Assembly: GCA_902580215.1 (NCBI GenBank) | Contig: CACHJT010000005.1 | Coordinates: forward strand, 36,428-100,427 | Source of the DNA: an uncultured Candidatus Actinomarina sp. | GTDB taxonomy: Bacteria > Actinomycetota > Acidimicrobiia > Actinomarinales > Actinomarinaceae | Direction: 5' to 3' | DNA: 64,000 nucleotides | Shown here: positions 35,702 through 45,160 of the stretch, one piece after another | How positions within the stretch are numbered: the first letter of the stretch is position 1 | Layout of the letters: each line of letters begins with the position of its first letter | Position numbers and translations under genes: made by a program | The notes under the pieces: generated by a model | What the model saw: only the letters and a program-made list of their open reading frames with translations | Databases searched by the model: none | Told to the model about the DNA's origin: nothing

Positions 35702-37098
35702 TACAAATCTCCAATTTCGTGAACTCTTATCAAATTTGTTGCAGCCTCAATATTTGGAGGTGTTCCTGCAACAACCACTACTTTATCACCTTTATTGTAT
35801 TTTTTTTCACTAATTAGAAAGTCATTTGCAGCTTTCAACATCTCTGAAAATGTTTCTTTTCGTTCTATAGGATATTGGTCTACACCCCAAAGTAAATTCA
35901 TTTGATTCAATGTTTTTTTCTTAGTTGAAAATGTAATAATTTCTGCTTTTGGCCTAAAGTTAGAAATTAGCAAAGGTGTTCTACCTGTTTCTGTGAAAGC
36001 GATTATCGAACTAGCATCTATTTCATTTGCCACCTGAACTGCAGCCCTAGCTAAAGTAGTAGTTATTGAATCTTCCTTCGAATCTTCTTTTGAAAGTAAT
36101 GAAGAGGTGTCATTTCTAGAATCTGTTTCTTTACAAATTATAGACATAACTTCAACTACTCTATTTGGATTATCGCCGATAGATGTTTCTGCTGACAGCA
36201 TTACAGCATCTGAACCCTCAAGTATTGCATTGGTAATATCAGTAACCTCAGCTCTAGTAGGTCTATAAGAAGTTTTCATTGATTGAAGCATCTCAGTTGC
36301 AGTTATAGATATTTTTCCTCGTTTATTAGCAGCATCTAAAATTTGCTTTTGCACAAAGGGAACTTGCTCTAGTGGAAGCTGAACTCCTAGATCTCCTCTA
36401 GCCACCATGACTCCATCCGCAACATCTAAGATTTCATCAATGTTGTCTAAAGCAGTTTTTAATTCTATTTTTGCTATTACTTTTACATCTTTTGGAATGA
36501 TTTCTTTAACAAGATTTATATCACTTGCATTTCTAACAAACGAAACTGCAACAAAATCAACATCATGTTCTGATCCAAATTTAAGATGCTCTATATCTTT
36601 CTCTGTTATAGCTGAGACTGACAGATTAGAATCTGGAAATGCTACACCCTGATTATCTCTAAGCTCTCCACCGATTAAGATAAGTGCTTCTAATTTATCA
36701 TTTTCTTTTTCTACTACTTTAAGTACTATTTGTCCATCATCTATAAACACTCTGTCGTCAACATTTACATCTCTCAATAAATTTTCATAATTGATAAATA
36801 CAATATCATTGTTTGATTCAGTTTCAATATTTGTTAAAGTTACGTTTTTACTTTTTTCTAAAAAAGTATTCTCAGATGAAATACCAGTTCGTATTTTTGG
36901 TCCTTGAATATCTTGCATAATTGCAACTTGCTTATTAGATTTTCTTGCCCACGAAATAACATTTTCATGATCCTCAAGTGTGCCATGTGAAAAGTTTATT
37001 CTTAAGACATTAGCTCCAGCATCTATAATCTTTTTAATTTTTGATTCACTTGATAGGCTTGGGCCAACTGTTGCAATAATTTTTGTTTTTCTATCCAT
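35701..37098 (-). CDS. pyk: Pyruvate kinase
   Basis: Start set at MDRKTKIIATVGPS (37098). NFSHG and MVARGDLGV motifs. Confidence 0.9.
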   Translation of the reverse strand: MDRKTKIIATVGPSLSSESKIKKIIDAGANVLRINFSHGTLEDHENVISWARKSNKQVAIMQDIQGPKIRTGISSENTFLEKSKNVTLTNIETESNNDIVFINYENLLRDVNVDDRVFIDDGQIVLKVVEKENDKLEALILIGGELRDNQGVAFPDSNLSVSAITEKDIEHLKFGSEHDVDFVAVSFVRNASDINLVKEIIPKDVKVIAKIELKTALDNIDEILDVADGVMVARGDLGVQLPLEQVPFVQKQILDAANKRGKISITATEMLQSMKTSYRPTRAEVTDITNAILEGSDAVMLSAETSIGDNPNRVVEVMSIICKETDSRNDTSSLLSKEDSKEDSITTTLARAAVQVANEIDASSIIAFTETGRTPLLISNFRPKAEIITFSTKKKTLNQMNLLWGVDQYPIERKETFSEMLKAANDFLISEKKYNKGDKVVVVAGTPPNIEAATNLIRVHEIGDL

Positions 37099-37142
37099 AT
37101 TGATTAAATACTTTAATAGCATGGTATAACAAATTTAAGAAT

Positions 37143-37748
37143 ATGAATAGAAAAAATATTATAGGTATCCCAATAAAAAACCTTGAAGAACCAATGTCTA
37201 GACTAGCTAGCACATTAGATAAAAACCAAAGAATTGCCTTACAGATTGGACTTATTAAAAATTTAGCAGAATGTTTTAGAGGCAAAGACAACGATATATT
37301 TTTGATTTCAAATGATTCAGAAATAGAAATATTAGCAAAACAATTAGAGATAGATTTTTTCAATACAAAATCAGTTGGTTTGAATAAAGAAGTTATAGAG
37401 TTTTCTAATAATTTTAAAAATTACCGAAGCTGGATGATATGTCATTCAGATTTACCATATATAACAAAATATTTTGCAAAAACAATAAGCCAAGAAATTG
37501 AAGGGAGTGAAATTTTAATAGCAAAAAGTAAAGACAGTGGTACTCCATTTATAGCTGGAACTGTTAGCTTTAATGAGTTTAGATTTGGAGTTAAAAGTTT
37601 TGATAAACATTCAAAATACCTTAAGGAAAATAAGTACGAATATAAACAAATTTTTAACACTGAATTTACTTTTGAACTTGATGATGAAAGTGACTATCAA
37701 AAATTTCTGCTTAACCAACCAAGGTGGTTTAAAAAGCTAAAAATTTAG
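37143..37748 (+). CDS. CofC/FbiD-like guanylyltransferase (F420 biosynthesis), tentative
   Basis: 201 aa. IPIKNLEEPMSRLASTL...R (cf. PvK..aKtRL), HSDLPYI, SGTPFIAG, FGVKSFDKH, LDDESDY. Confidence 0.55.
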   Translation: MNRKNIIGIPIKNLEEPMSRLASTLDKNQRIALQIGLIKNLAECFRGKDNDIFLISNDSEIEILAKQLEIDFFNTKSVGLNKEVIEFSNNFKNYRSWMICHSDLPYITKYFAKTISQEIEGSEILIAKSKDSGTPFIAGTVSFNEFRFGVKSFDKHSKYLKENKYEYKQIFNTEFTFELDDESDYQKFLLNQPRWFKKLKI

Positions 37749-37749
37749 C
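37731..37749 (-). terminator. Weak AT-rich hairpin + U5 immediately after the tRNA cluster
   Basis: Minus strand reads GCTAA-ATTT-TTAGC-TTTTT, starting at the discriminator base of tRNA-Glu(CTC). It lies inside the 3' end of the opposite-strand CofC-like CDS. The stem is only 5 bp. Confidence 0.25.
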
Positions 37750-37821
37750 AGCCCCGACCGGATTTGAACCGGCGTTTCTGCCTTGAGAGCGCAGCGTCCT
37801 AGGCCTCTAGACGACGGGGCC
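37749..37821 (-). tRNA. tRNA-Glu (anticodon CTC)
   Basis: Hand fold: GGCCCCG TC GTCT AGAGGCCT AGGAC G CTGCG CTCTCAA GGCAG AAAC GCCGG TTCAAAT CCGGT CGGGGCT G. Glu-type D-arm. G31-G39 mismatch closes the anticodon stem. No encoded CCA. Confidence 0.8.
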
Positions 37822-37825
37822 TCTG

Positions 37826-37897
37826 CTCGGGGAGAAGGACTTGAACCCTCAACGATGGGACCAGAACCCATTGTGTTGCCAATTACACCATCCCCGA
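37826..37897 (-). tRNA. tRNA-Gln (anticodon CTG)
   Basis: Hand fold: TCGGGGA TG GTGT AATTGGC AACAC A ATGGG TTCTGGT CCCAT CGTT GAGGG TTCAAGT CCTTC TCCCCGA G. U1-A72 as in bacterial tRNA-Gln. Confidence 0.85.
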
Positions 37898-37904
37898 AAG
37901 GTAG

Positions 37905-37977
37905 CAGCCCCGACCGGATTCGAACCGGCGTTTCTGGGTTGAAAACCCAGCGTCCTAGGCCTCTGGACGACGGGGCC
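37905..37977 (-). tRNA. tRNA-Glu (anticodon TTC)
   Basis: Hand fold: GGCCCCG TC GTCC AGAGGCCT AGGAC G CTGGG TTTTCAA CCCAG AAAC GCCGG TTCGAAT CCGGT CGGGGCT G. All stems are perfect. Confidence 0.9.
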
Positions 37978-38016
37978 GTATAAATATTAAGAATAAAGTA
38001 TTTTAATTATTAGTTG

Positions 38017-39327
38017 TTATAATTTTTCGATACTTTCTGCCAATCTGGCAATAGTTGTCTCTTTACCAAGTGCGAATATTGACTCAAACAATGGTGGACT
38101 AATTTTTGTACCAGTAACAGCTACTCTTGCTGACTGAAAACCTACTTTAGTTTTTATATCTAATTCTTCTAAAGTCGCTCTCATCGTATCTTCAATAATA
38201 TTTATATTAAAGTCATCTAATGCAATAAACTTATTTCTAATAGCATCTAAGTATTTTTGAGCCTCCTCAGAATTTACAGAGTCCCAATCTTCCTTGTCTA
38301 CAATAAATGGCTCATCAATTAGAAACTGAACTTGGACAAAAAGATCGTTCATCGTTTCAATTCTTTCTTGTACAGAGGGAAATATTTTTAACAATCGATC
38401 TTTTTCTTCATTAAATAATTCTCTACTAAGTTGATTCTCAATATTTTGCAGTGAATCCTCTTCAAATTTATTTGGTGAAGTTGATCTTATATACTGTCCA
38501 TTTAACCAAAGGAGTTTTTTTTCATCAAAAGTAGCTGAATTTGGTAGTACTTTATTTAAATCAAATTTACTAATTGCAAAATCACTATCAAAAAGCTCAA
38601 TATCATCACCTGGTGACCAGCCAAGTAGACAAAGATAGTTGAACATTGCATCATTTAATATTCCCTTTTGACGAAATGCTTCAACTGATGTATCACCATG
38701 TCTTTTACTAAGTTTTTTACCGTCAGGACCAAATAATAAAGGTAGATGACAAAAATTTGGTATCACTGCATCTAAGGCTTCCATAATCAATATGTGCTTG
38801 GGAGTTGAAGAAAGTATATCCTCTCCCCTCGCAATTATTGTTATTCCATAATCTATATCATCTACTGTAGAGGCAAGGTGATATGTCGGAGTATTGTCAG
38901 ATCTTAAAATGACAAAATCTTCTACATCTGAAGTTTCAAATGACATGTCTCCTCGTACAAAATCTTTGAACTCTATTGTCCTATCACTTGGGACTTTGAA
39001 TCTAATTGCACCATCATCTTTATAAGCAAGGTCTTTTTCTAAGAGTTCATTTGCAACTTCTCTATATCTGTCAAACCGTGAAGATTGTTTATAATCCCCA
39101 TGCTCTCCACCAACTTCAACGCCCTCATCCCAATCAAGTCCTAACCATCTTAGGTTTTCTAGAATGTCTTTTTGGAACTCTTCAGTGCTACGCTCTATGT
39201 CAGTGTCATCAATCCTTACAACAAAAGTGCCTCCACTTGCTTTAGCATATAGCCAGTTGAATAACGCAGTCCTAGCGTTTCCTATATGAAGGCTGCCAGT
39301 TGGTGAAGGGGCAATTCTTAATTTCAT
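38017..39327 (-). CDS. gltX: Glutamyl-tRNA synthetase
   Basis: 436 aa. PSPTGSLHIGNA (HIGH) and KLSKRH (KMSKS). Confidence 0.95.
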   Translation of the reverse strand: MKLRIAPSPTGSLHIGNARTALFNWLYAKASGGTFVVRIDDTDIERSTEEFQKDILENLRWLGLDWDEGVEVGGEHGDYKQSSRFDRYREVANELLEKDLAYKDDGAIRFKVPSDRTIEFKDFVRGDMSFETSDVEDFVILRSDNTPTYHLASTVDDIDYGITIIARGEDILSSTPKHILIMEALDAVIPNFCHLPLLFGPDGKKLSKRHGDTSVEAFRQKGILNDAMFNYLCLLGWSPGDDIELFDSDFAISKFDLNKVLPNSATFDEKKLLWLNGQYIRSTSPNKFEEDSLQNIENQLSRELFNEEKDRLLKIFPSVQERIETMNDLFVQVQFLIDEPFIVDKEDWDSVNSEEAQKYLDAIRNKFIALDDFNINIIEDTMRATLEELDIKTKVGFQSARVAVTGTKISPPLFESIFALGKETTIARLAESIEKL

Positions 39328-39328
39328 A

Positions 39329-40105
39329 TTATTTAACTGGATTTATCAGTGTGCCAATAGTCTCTATTTCTATTTTTATTTCATCACCTGGCTGAACTTT
39401 AGAGACTCCTTCAGGAGTACCTGTAAGAACTACATCTCCTGGCAAAAGAGTCATTATTGATGAAACAAACTCCAAAATTTCACCAACACTAAAAATCATA
39501 TCTTTTGTATTTCCATCTTGTTTTAGCTCATCATTAACAAAGCATTTAATTCCCAACTCTGGATTCTGCTCAAAATTAGTTTGTATTACGGGACCTAAAG
39601 GACAAAAGGTATCAAAACTTTTTGCTCTTGTAAAATTACCGTTAAATGTTCCATCTTGTCCCTGTAAAACTCTTTCTGATAAATCGTTAGCAATAGTAAA
39701 TCCTAGAACACTATCCATCCAATTATCCTTAGTAAGGTTTTTACTGAGTTTTCCAATTACTACTGCTAATTCAGCCTCATGATCAACATGTTGACCAATT
39801 GGTGGATATATTATTGACTCACCAGTACCAATTACAGATGTTGAAGGTTTATTAAAAAATACTGGATTTTTTGGTGCCGTATAATCATGAACTCCTAACT
39901 CAACTGCATGTTTTTCATAATTTTTTGCAACAGCTGTAACTTTACTTGGTAAAACTGGTGCTAATAACTGAATTTCATCAATACTATACTTTTCTTCAGT
40001 AGGCTCCCAAACAACAAGAGGTGAACCTTCATAACGAATAATACCTTCGTCGGTAAGTTCACCATAAAAGATTTCGCCTTCAAACTTAGCTCTTACAATC
40101 TTCAT
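39329..40105 (-). CDS. Fumarylacetoacetate hydrolase family protein
   Basis: 258 aa. HEAELAVVIGK, GDVVLTGTPEGV. Sits 1 nt upstream of gltX, as in mycobacterial synteny (from memory). Confidence 0.85.
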   Translation of the reverse strand: MKIVRAKFEGEIFYGELTDEGIIRYEGSPLVVWEPTEEKYSIDEIQLLAPVLPSKVTAVAKNYEKHAVELGVHDYTAPKNPVFFNKPSTSVIGTGESIIYPPIGQHVDHEAELAVVIGKLSKNLTKDNWMDSVLGFTIANDLSERVLQGQDGTFNGNFTRAKSFDTFCPLGPVIQTNFEQNPELGIKCFVNDELKQDGNTKDMIFSVGEILEFVSSIMTLLPGDVVLTGTPEGVSKVQPGDEIKIEIETIGTLINPVK

Positions 40106-40123
40106 TATTCAAGTGTAAAAGTT

Positions 40124-40558
40124 TTATAAATTATCAGCGTCAATAGTTGAAAATAATTCAGATAAATGTAAACCTTTTATTGTTTCTTTACCAGCTATTA
40201 AAAGATTATCTTTAGTTAGTAAACCAAGAGAAGTTTCACTTATCTCCAAAACTTTTAAGACTTTTTCTATGTCACTTTTAGTAGGACCTCTTCCAGCCAG
40301 TGATGCCTGATAAATTACTAAATTTGAAATAATTTTTGTAATTAACTTTTTCTTATGATGAGAGCTCCAAAAATGTTCATATTTTTTTATTAATTTTAAG
40401 GCGTAACCACTATCAGGACTTGGTATTGAGAATGCTTCTTCGTATGGATGTTTTAGGGAACTATTTGAGTCTTTTTTTCCTTGTGATCTTGGAACAGGCA
40501 GGTCAGATAGCGTCTGTAATTTGTAATTTGTTTCTTCTATATTTGGTTGCTGGCTCAC
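40124..40558 (-). CDS. Hypothetical protein (144 aa)
   Basis: ATGA-type 4-nt overlap with the ilvE stop, 18 nt upstream of the FAH gene. No recognisable motif. Confidence 0.55.
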   Translation of the reverse strand: MSQQPNIEETNYKLQTLSDLPVPRSQGKKDSNSSLKHPYEEAFSIPSPDSGYALKLIKKYEHFWSSHHKKKLITKIISNLVIYQASLAGRGPTKSDIEKVLKVLEISETSLGLLTKDNLLIAGKETIKGLHLSELFSTIDADNL

Positions 40559-41472
40559 TTAACTAATGTTAAATAATTATCAGAATTAGCGTCATTTCCA
40601 TTTACAATTTCGAGATATTTATTTCTAATTGCGTTTGTAACATCTCCAGGTGAACCGTTTCCTATATTGCTATTGTCAACAGATACAACACCAATTACCT
40701 CTGTAGCTGTTCCAGTAAAGAAAAGCTCATCAGCACTTAGTAAGTCCTTTTTAGAAATATTTTGCTCAGTTACTTCAAAATTTAAATTGTTAGCTATTTC
40801 GATTACTGTTTTTCTAGTAATCCCACCTAATGCGCCTGTTTCAATAGGAGGTGTGGTTATTTTATTATTCTTAATTAAAAATAAATTCTGCCCACTACCT
40901 TCTGCTACAACATCGCCATCACCAAACATGATTGCATCATCATATCCATTGTTTACAGCATCAATTTTTGCAAGTGTTGAATTCATATAGCCACCTACTC
41001 CTTTTGCTGTAGGTATAAAACTTTCTGGACTGATTCTTTTCCATTTTGAGATACAGACCTTAACACCGTTGTTTCCAGCTTCGTCTCCAAGGTAAGCTCC
41101 CCAACTCCACGCAGAAATAGAGACATATACAGGAACGTCGCTTGGTAAAAGTCCCATCTCGCCCTCACCAAAAAATACTAGAGGTCTTATGTATGCGGAC
41201 GTTAAATTATTAAGGTGTACAGAATCTTTAATTGCTTGAGTAATTACTTCTTTGTCGTATGGGATATTAATGTTGTATGCTTTTGCAGAATTATATAATC
41301 TATCTACATGGTCTTTTAGTCTAAAAATTGAAGTACCTTTTGGACATTCCCTAGCTCTAATTCCCTCAAAAACACCGGTACCATAATGCAAGGTATGGGA
41401 CATAACACTAACTGTTGCATCTTCCCAGTTAACAAACTCACCATTCATCCAAATAAGTTTTGACTTTTCCAT
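40555..41472 (-). CDS. ilvE: Branched-chain amino acid aminotransferase (class IV)
   Basis: Start re-set to MEKSKLIWMNGEF (41472). The ORF-track N-extension has no homology pattern and would overlap the divergent pgpA start (41535). Motifs GVFEGIRA and TAKGVGGYMNS. Confidence 0.9.
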   Translation of the reverse strand: MEKSKLIWMNGEFVNWEDATVSVMSHTLHYGTGVFEGIRARECPKGTSIFRLKDHVDRLYNSAKAYNINIPYDKEVITQAIKDSVHLNNLTSAYIRPLVFFGEGEMGLLPSDVPVYVSISAWSWGAYLGDEAGNNGVKVCISKWKRISPESFIPTAKGVGGYMNSTLAKIDAVNNGYDDAIMFGDGDVVAEGSGQNLFLIKNNKITTPPIETGALGGITRKTVIEIANNLNFEVTEQNISKKDLLSADELFFTGTATEVIGVVSVDNSNIGNGSPGDVTNAIRNKYLEIVNGNDANSDNYLTLVK

Positions 41473-41534
41473 TATTAATAACAAATAATAGTCCTTTTTA
41501 TCATTGAAGCTATAAAAAATACTATTATTCAATT

Positions 41535-41996
41535 GTGAAAAGATTTTTGGCATCAGGATTTGGTGTTGGGCTAGTCTGGCAAAACATTTTTGGTAATAAA
41601 AAAGGTGGTGGTACTTTAGCACCTTTTATTTTCACTATTCTGATTTATTTCTTGAATCTAAACGTACTTGAACTATCAATTGTATTTGTATCATTACTTT
41701 TAATTTATTTCTATTCGGTAGAAGATCATTATGCTGATGAAGACCCGAGTTGGATCACTTTAGATGAAATTGTTGGAATGAGTTTAGTGTCTTTAGCTTC
41801 ACCCTCAAAAATACTACCTCTAATTGCGGGATTTCTAGTGTTTAGAGCAAGTGATATTTTAAAACAACCAAAATTTGTTTCACAGTTAGAGGATTACCCA
41901 GGAAAACTCGGTGTTCTATATGATGATTTAGGGGCTGGGTTATTAGGTTTACTATCAGCTACGATAGTACACCAAGTTAGCCTTCTAACTCTTTGA
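41535..41996 (+). CDS. pgpA: Phosphatidylglycerophosphatase A
   Basis: 153 aa, GTG start. LASGFGVGL ... GGGTLAP ... DEIVGM ... FRASDILKQP. Confidence 0.75.
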   Translation: MKRFLASGFGVGLVWQNIFGNKKGGGTLAPFIFTILIYFLNLNVLELSIVFVSLLLIYFYSVEDHYADEDPSWITLDEIVGMSLVSLASPSKILPLIAGFLVFRASDILKQPKFVSQLEDYPGKLGVLYDDLGAGLLGLLSATIVHQVSLLTL

Positions 41997-43422
41997 GCAA
42001 TAATTCTTTAGCCATTCCTGGATTAACAGAGCCATTAGACTGCTTCATAAGTTGCCCAACAAGAAAACCAACTAATTTATCTTCACCTGATTTAATTCTG
42101 TCGACTATATCTTGATTCTCTTTGATAATCTGATTTATCATTTCTGAGATTTTTTCAGAGTCGTTTTCCTGAAATAGGTTTTTCTGCTCAGCGACCTTAC
42201 TTGGAGTAGTTTCTGTAGTTAAGATTTCAGTCAAAATAATTTTTGCAGATGTAAAAGATATTTTATTACTTTTGATTAATTCAATAATTTCTGATAAATA
42301 GTCGTCATTGAACCATTCTGGAAGAACTTCAATATTTGCTTTTCTCATTTGCCCCTGAAGCTCCCCTGTAATCCAATTGTATGAAGCTATAGAGTCTTTT
42401 GTTTGGTCAAACACTTCAACATACAATTTTTTAATCCAGTCATCACTTTTACTTAATATATTTGACTGGCTTAAAGAAAGGCCTGTTGTCATTAATTCCT
42501 CTCTTTGAGCTTTTGGAAGAAGTGGCATTAGTGTTTCAACTTCTTTAATAAACTCATCACTTAAAAACATGTTAGGTAGGTCAGGATCAGAAAAATATCT
42601 ATAATCGGCACTGCCTTCTTTTGACCTCATTGTGCTAGTTACTTCTTTATTTTCATCCCAATGTCTAGTTTCCTGAACTATTTCAACTCCATCTTCGAGC
42701 GCTTTAGTTTGTCTTTGTATTTCGTAATCTATTGCTCTTTCTAATGATCTCAGAGAGTTCATGTTTTTTATCTCTACTTTTGTTCCTAGTTCAGTACTAT
42801 CTTCAGGTGCTACTGATATGTTTGCATCAAATCTTAAATTACCCTTCTCTAGACGACCTTCTGATATATTTAAGTCTATTGATAGCTGCCTTAGCTCCTC
42901 TATATAAGCAACAGCTTGTTTTGATGATGAAATTACTGGTTTAGTAACAATCTCAACTAGAGGCACACCCGAACGATTAAAATCCAGTGCAGTACTGGTT
43001 GCGGATTCAATTCTTCCTGATCCACTGTGTGATGATTTACCTGTATCCTCTTCCATGTGAACTCTTTCAATTTGAATAAAATCCCTATCTTCACCTATAA
43101 CTATTTCTAATTCTCCATTAAGTCCAACAGGTAAATCAAATTGAGAGATTTGATAGTTTTTTGGTAAATCGGGGTAAAAATAATTCTTACGATGAAACAT
43201 GCCTTTACTTGTTATTTCACAGCCAGTGCTAAGAGCAAGTAAAGTAATAAATTCTATAGCTTTTTTGTTTGGAACAGGCAAAGCACCTGGTAAGCCTATA
43301 CAGGTTGGACATAAGCTTATGTTTGGTTCATCAGTATCAACAACTGCGCACCTACAAAACATTTTTGTATTTGTGTTTAACTCAATATGAGTTTCAATAC
43401 CAATTGTAGGTTTTAAAGACAT
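41977..43422 (-). CDS. gatB: Asp/Glu-tRNA amidotransferase subunit B
   Basis: Start at MSLKPTIGIETHIEL (43422, TAATG overlap with gatA). C-terminal GatB/YqeY domain. Confidence 0.95.
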   Translation of the reverse strand: MSLKPTIGIETHIELNTNTKMFCRCAVVDTDEPNISLCPTCIGLPGALPVPNKKAIEFITLLALSTGCEITSKGMFHRKNYFYPDLPKNYQISQFDLPVGLNGELEIVIGEDRDFIQIERVHMEEDTGKSSHSGSGRIESATSTALDFNRSGVPLVEIVTKPVISSSKQAVAYIEELRQLSIDLNISEGRLEKGNLRFDANISVAPEDSTELGTKVEIKNMNSLRSLERAIDYEIQRQTKALEDGVEIVQETRHWDENKEVTSTMRSKEGSADYRYFSDPDLPNMFLSDEFIKEVETLMPLLPKAQREELMTTGLSLSQSNILSKSDDWIKKLYVEVFDQTKDSIASYNWITGELQGQMRKANIEVLPEWFNDDYLSEIIELIKSNKISFTSAKIILTEILTTETTPSKVAEQKNLFQENDSEKISEMINQIIKENQDIVDRIKSGEDKLVGFLVGQLMKQSNGSVNPGMAKELLLKELEG

Positions 43423-44867
43423 TACAACCATCCTTTCGGTTGTCCATCAAACTGAACCTCATTTTCAATTATTTCTGAAAAATCTAGAAGTGAATTATCG
43501 GATAATGGCTTACTCATTATTTGTACTCCAAGGGGTAGTTCATCTTTACTAAGTCCAGTAGGAATACTTATTGCTGGAAGGCCAGCCAAATTAGCTGGAA
43601 TTGTGCATAGGTCTGACATGTACATTTCTAATGGATTACTTGTTTTCTCGCCAGACTTGAAAGCCTGTGTGGGAGTTGTTGGTGAAATCAAATAATCAAC
43701 ATCTTTAAATGTTTTAGCAAATTCATCTATCATTTCTTTTCTAGCCTGCAAAGCTTTTCCATAATATTCGTCATAATATCCTGCTGATAGTGCATAGGTT
43801 CCCAACAGAATTCTTCTTTTAACTTCAGCACCAAATCCTTCGGCTCTGGTATTTTCCATCATTTCATAACTAGTGTTTCCATCTACTCTTAATCCATATC
43901 TAACGCCATCAAATCGTGCTAGGTTAGCTGAGCACTCAGCTGGTGCGATTAAATAATAGATACTGATAGAAAGTTTGATTATTGGTATTGAGATTTCTTT
44001 AACTTTGTAACCTTTAGATTTAAGAATTTCAACGACTTTATTAACTTCATTTTTAGCTTCATCAGAAATGCCGTCTTCCATTAATTCTTTTATCACTCCA
44101 ATTGTGGCAGTGTTGTCACTTGGAATATTTAATTGGTTATTAATCACTGAAGTAGCGTCTCGACTATCTTCACCAGAAATCGAAGAAAAAATGATTCTTG
44201 AGTCATCTACAGTTTTTGTAATTGGACCAATTTGATCTAAAGATGATGCGAAAGCCACCAAACCAAACCTCGATACAGTACCATATGTCGGCTTAAAACC
44301 TACTAAACCACAAAAAGACGCTGGCTGTCTTATTGATCCACCAGTATCACTTCCAAGTGCTGCAATTGATGATCTTGCACCAACAGAAGCGGCAGAACCT
44401 CCAGAAGACCCACCAGGAACATAATCTGTATTCCAAGGATTTTTAGTAAGACCAAATGCAGAGTTTTCAGTTGATGAGCCCATCGCAAATTCATCGAGAT
44501 TTGTTTTACCCGTAAACAAAGTATTCTGCTCTTTAAGTTTTTCAATTACTGTTGCGTCATAGGGAGATGTATAGTTTGATAACATTTTCGAAGAGCATGT
44601 AGTTTTATAATTTTTTATATTGATATTGTCTTTAATTGCAATTGGTATTCCATCTAATAAACTAGCTGATTCACCATTGCTGAATCTTTTGTCAGATTCA
44701 GCCGCTTTTTTTATATTTTCTTCTTCAAAAAGTGTTAGATGAGCATGTAGTGCTGCTTCTGAGTTTGCAGCATTTTCAAATACTTTTGAATACAATTCAG
44801 ATGGTTTTAACTCTTTTTTTGTAAACAGTGAGTTTATTTCTCTAATGGATAAATTTGAAGCATCCAT
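43422..44867 (-). CDS. gatA: Glu-tRNA(Gln) amidotransferase subunit A
   Basis: 481 aa. Amidase signature GGSSGGSAASV ... GSDTGGSIRQPA. Confidence 0.95.
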   Translation of the reverse strand: MDASNLSIREINSLFTKKELKPSELYSKVFENAANSEAALHAHLTLFEEENIKKAAESDKRFSNGESASLLDGIPIAIKDNINIKNYKTTCSSKMLSNYTSPYDATVIEKLKEQNTLFTGKTNLDEFAMGSSTENSAFGLTKNPWNTDYVPGGSSGGSAASVGARSSIAALGSDTGGSIRQPASFCGLVGFKPTYGTVSRFGLVAFASSLDQIGPITKTVDDSRIIFSSISGEDSRDATSVINNQLNIPSDNTATIGVIKELMEDGISDEAKNEVNKVVEILKSKGYKVKEISIPIIKLSISIYYLIAPAECSANLARFDGVRYGLRVDGNTSYEMMENTRAEGFGAEVKRRILLGTYALSAGYYDEYYGKALQARKEMIDEFAKTFKDVDYLISPTTPTQAFKSGEKTSNPLEMYMSDLCTIPANLAGLPAISIPTGLSKDELPLGVQIMSKPLSDNSLLDFSEIIENEVQFDGQPKGWL

Positions 44868-44869
44868 AA

Positions 44870-45160
44870 CTATTCCATCGAAGGGGGAACTACGAACTTT
44901 CCATCTTTAGACTCTGGAGCATTACTAATTGCCTCATCATGAGTTAAGGATTCTACAACTTCATCCTCTTGTAGTTCTAATTCTTTTTCTAAAGGGTGTA
45001 TAAATATTTCTTGTTGCTGAGAGTTCAGCTTTAAATCACTTAATGCATTTACATGCTCCAAAATTATACTTAAGTCATTGCTCAAACTGTCTTGTTCTTG
45101 TTCAGATAAATTAATAGAGGCAAGCTTAGCTATATTTTTAATATTGAACTCATTACTCAC
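44870..45160 (-). CDS. gatC: Glu-tRNA(Gln) amidotransferase subunit C
   Basis: 96 aa, directly upstream of gatA. IAKLASINLSEQEQ pattern. Confidence 0.85.
   Translation of the reverse strand: MSNEFNIKNIAKLASINLSEQEQDSLSNDLSIILEHVNALSDLKLNSQQQEIFIHPLEKELELQEDEVVESLTHDEAISNAPESKDGKFVVPPSME

Noticed and set aside
37783-37983. 66-aa plus-strand ORF with an internal repeat (RPRPLDDGA twice)
   Set aside because: It is the antisense read-through of the three tRNA genes. The repeat simply reflects the two near-identical tRNA-Glu copies.
41473-41622. 50-codon N-terminal extension of ilvE in the ORF track
   Set aside because: It has no similarity to IlvE N-termini, which begin near MEKSKLIWMNGEF. It would also overlap the pgpA start (41535) on the opposite strand.
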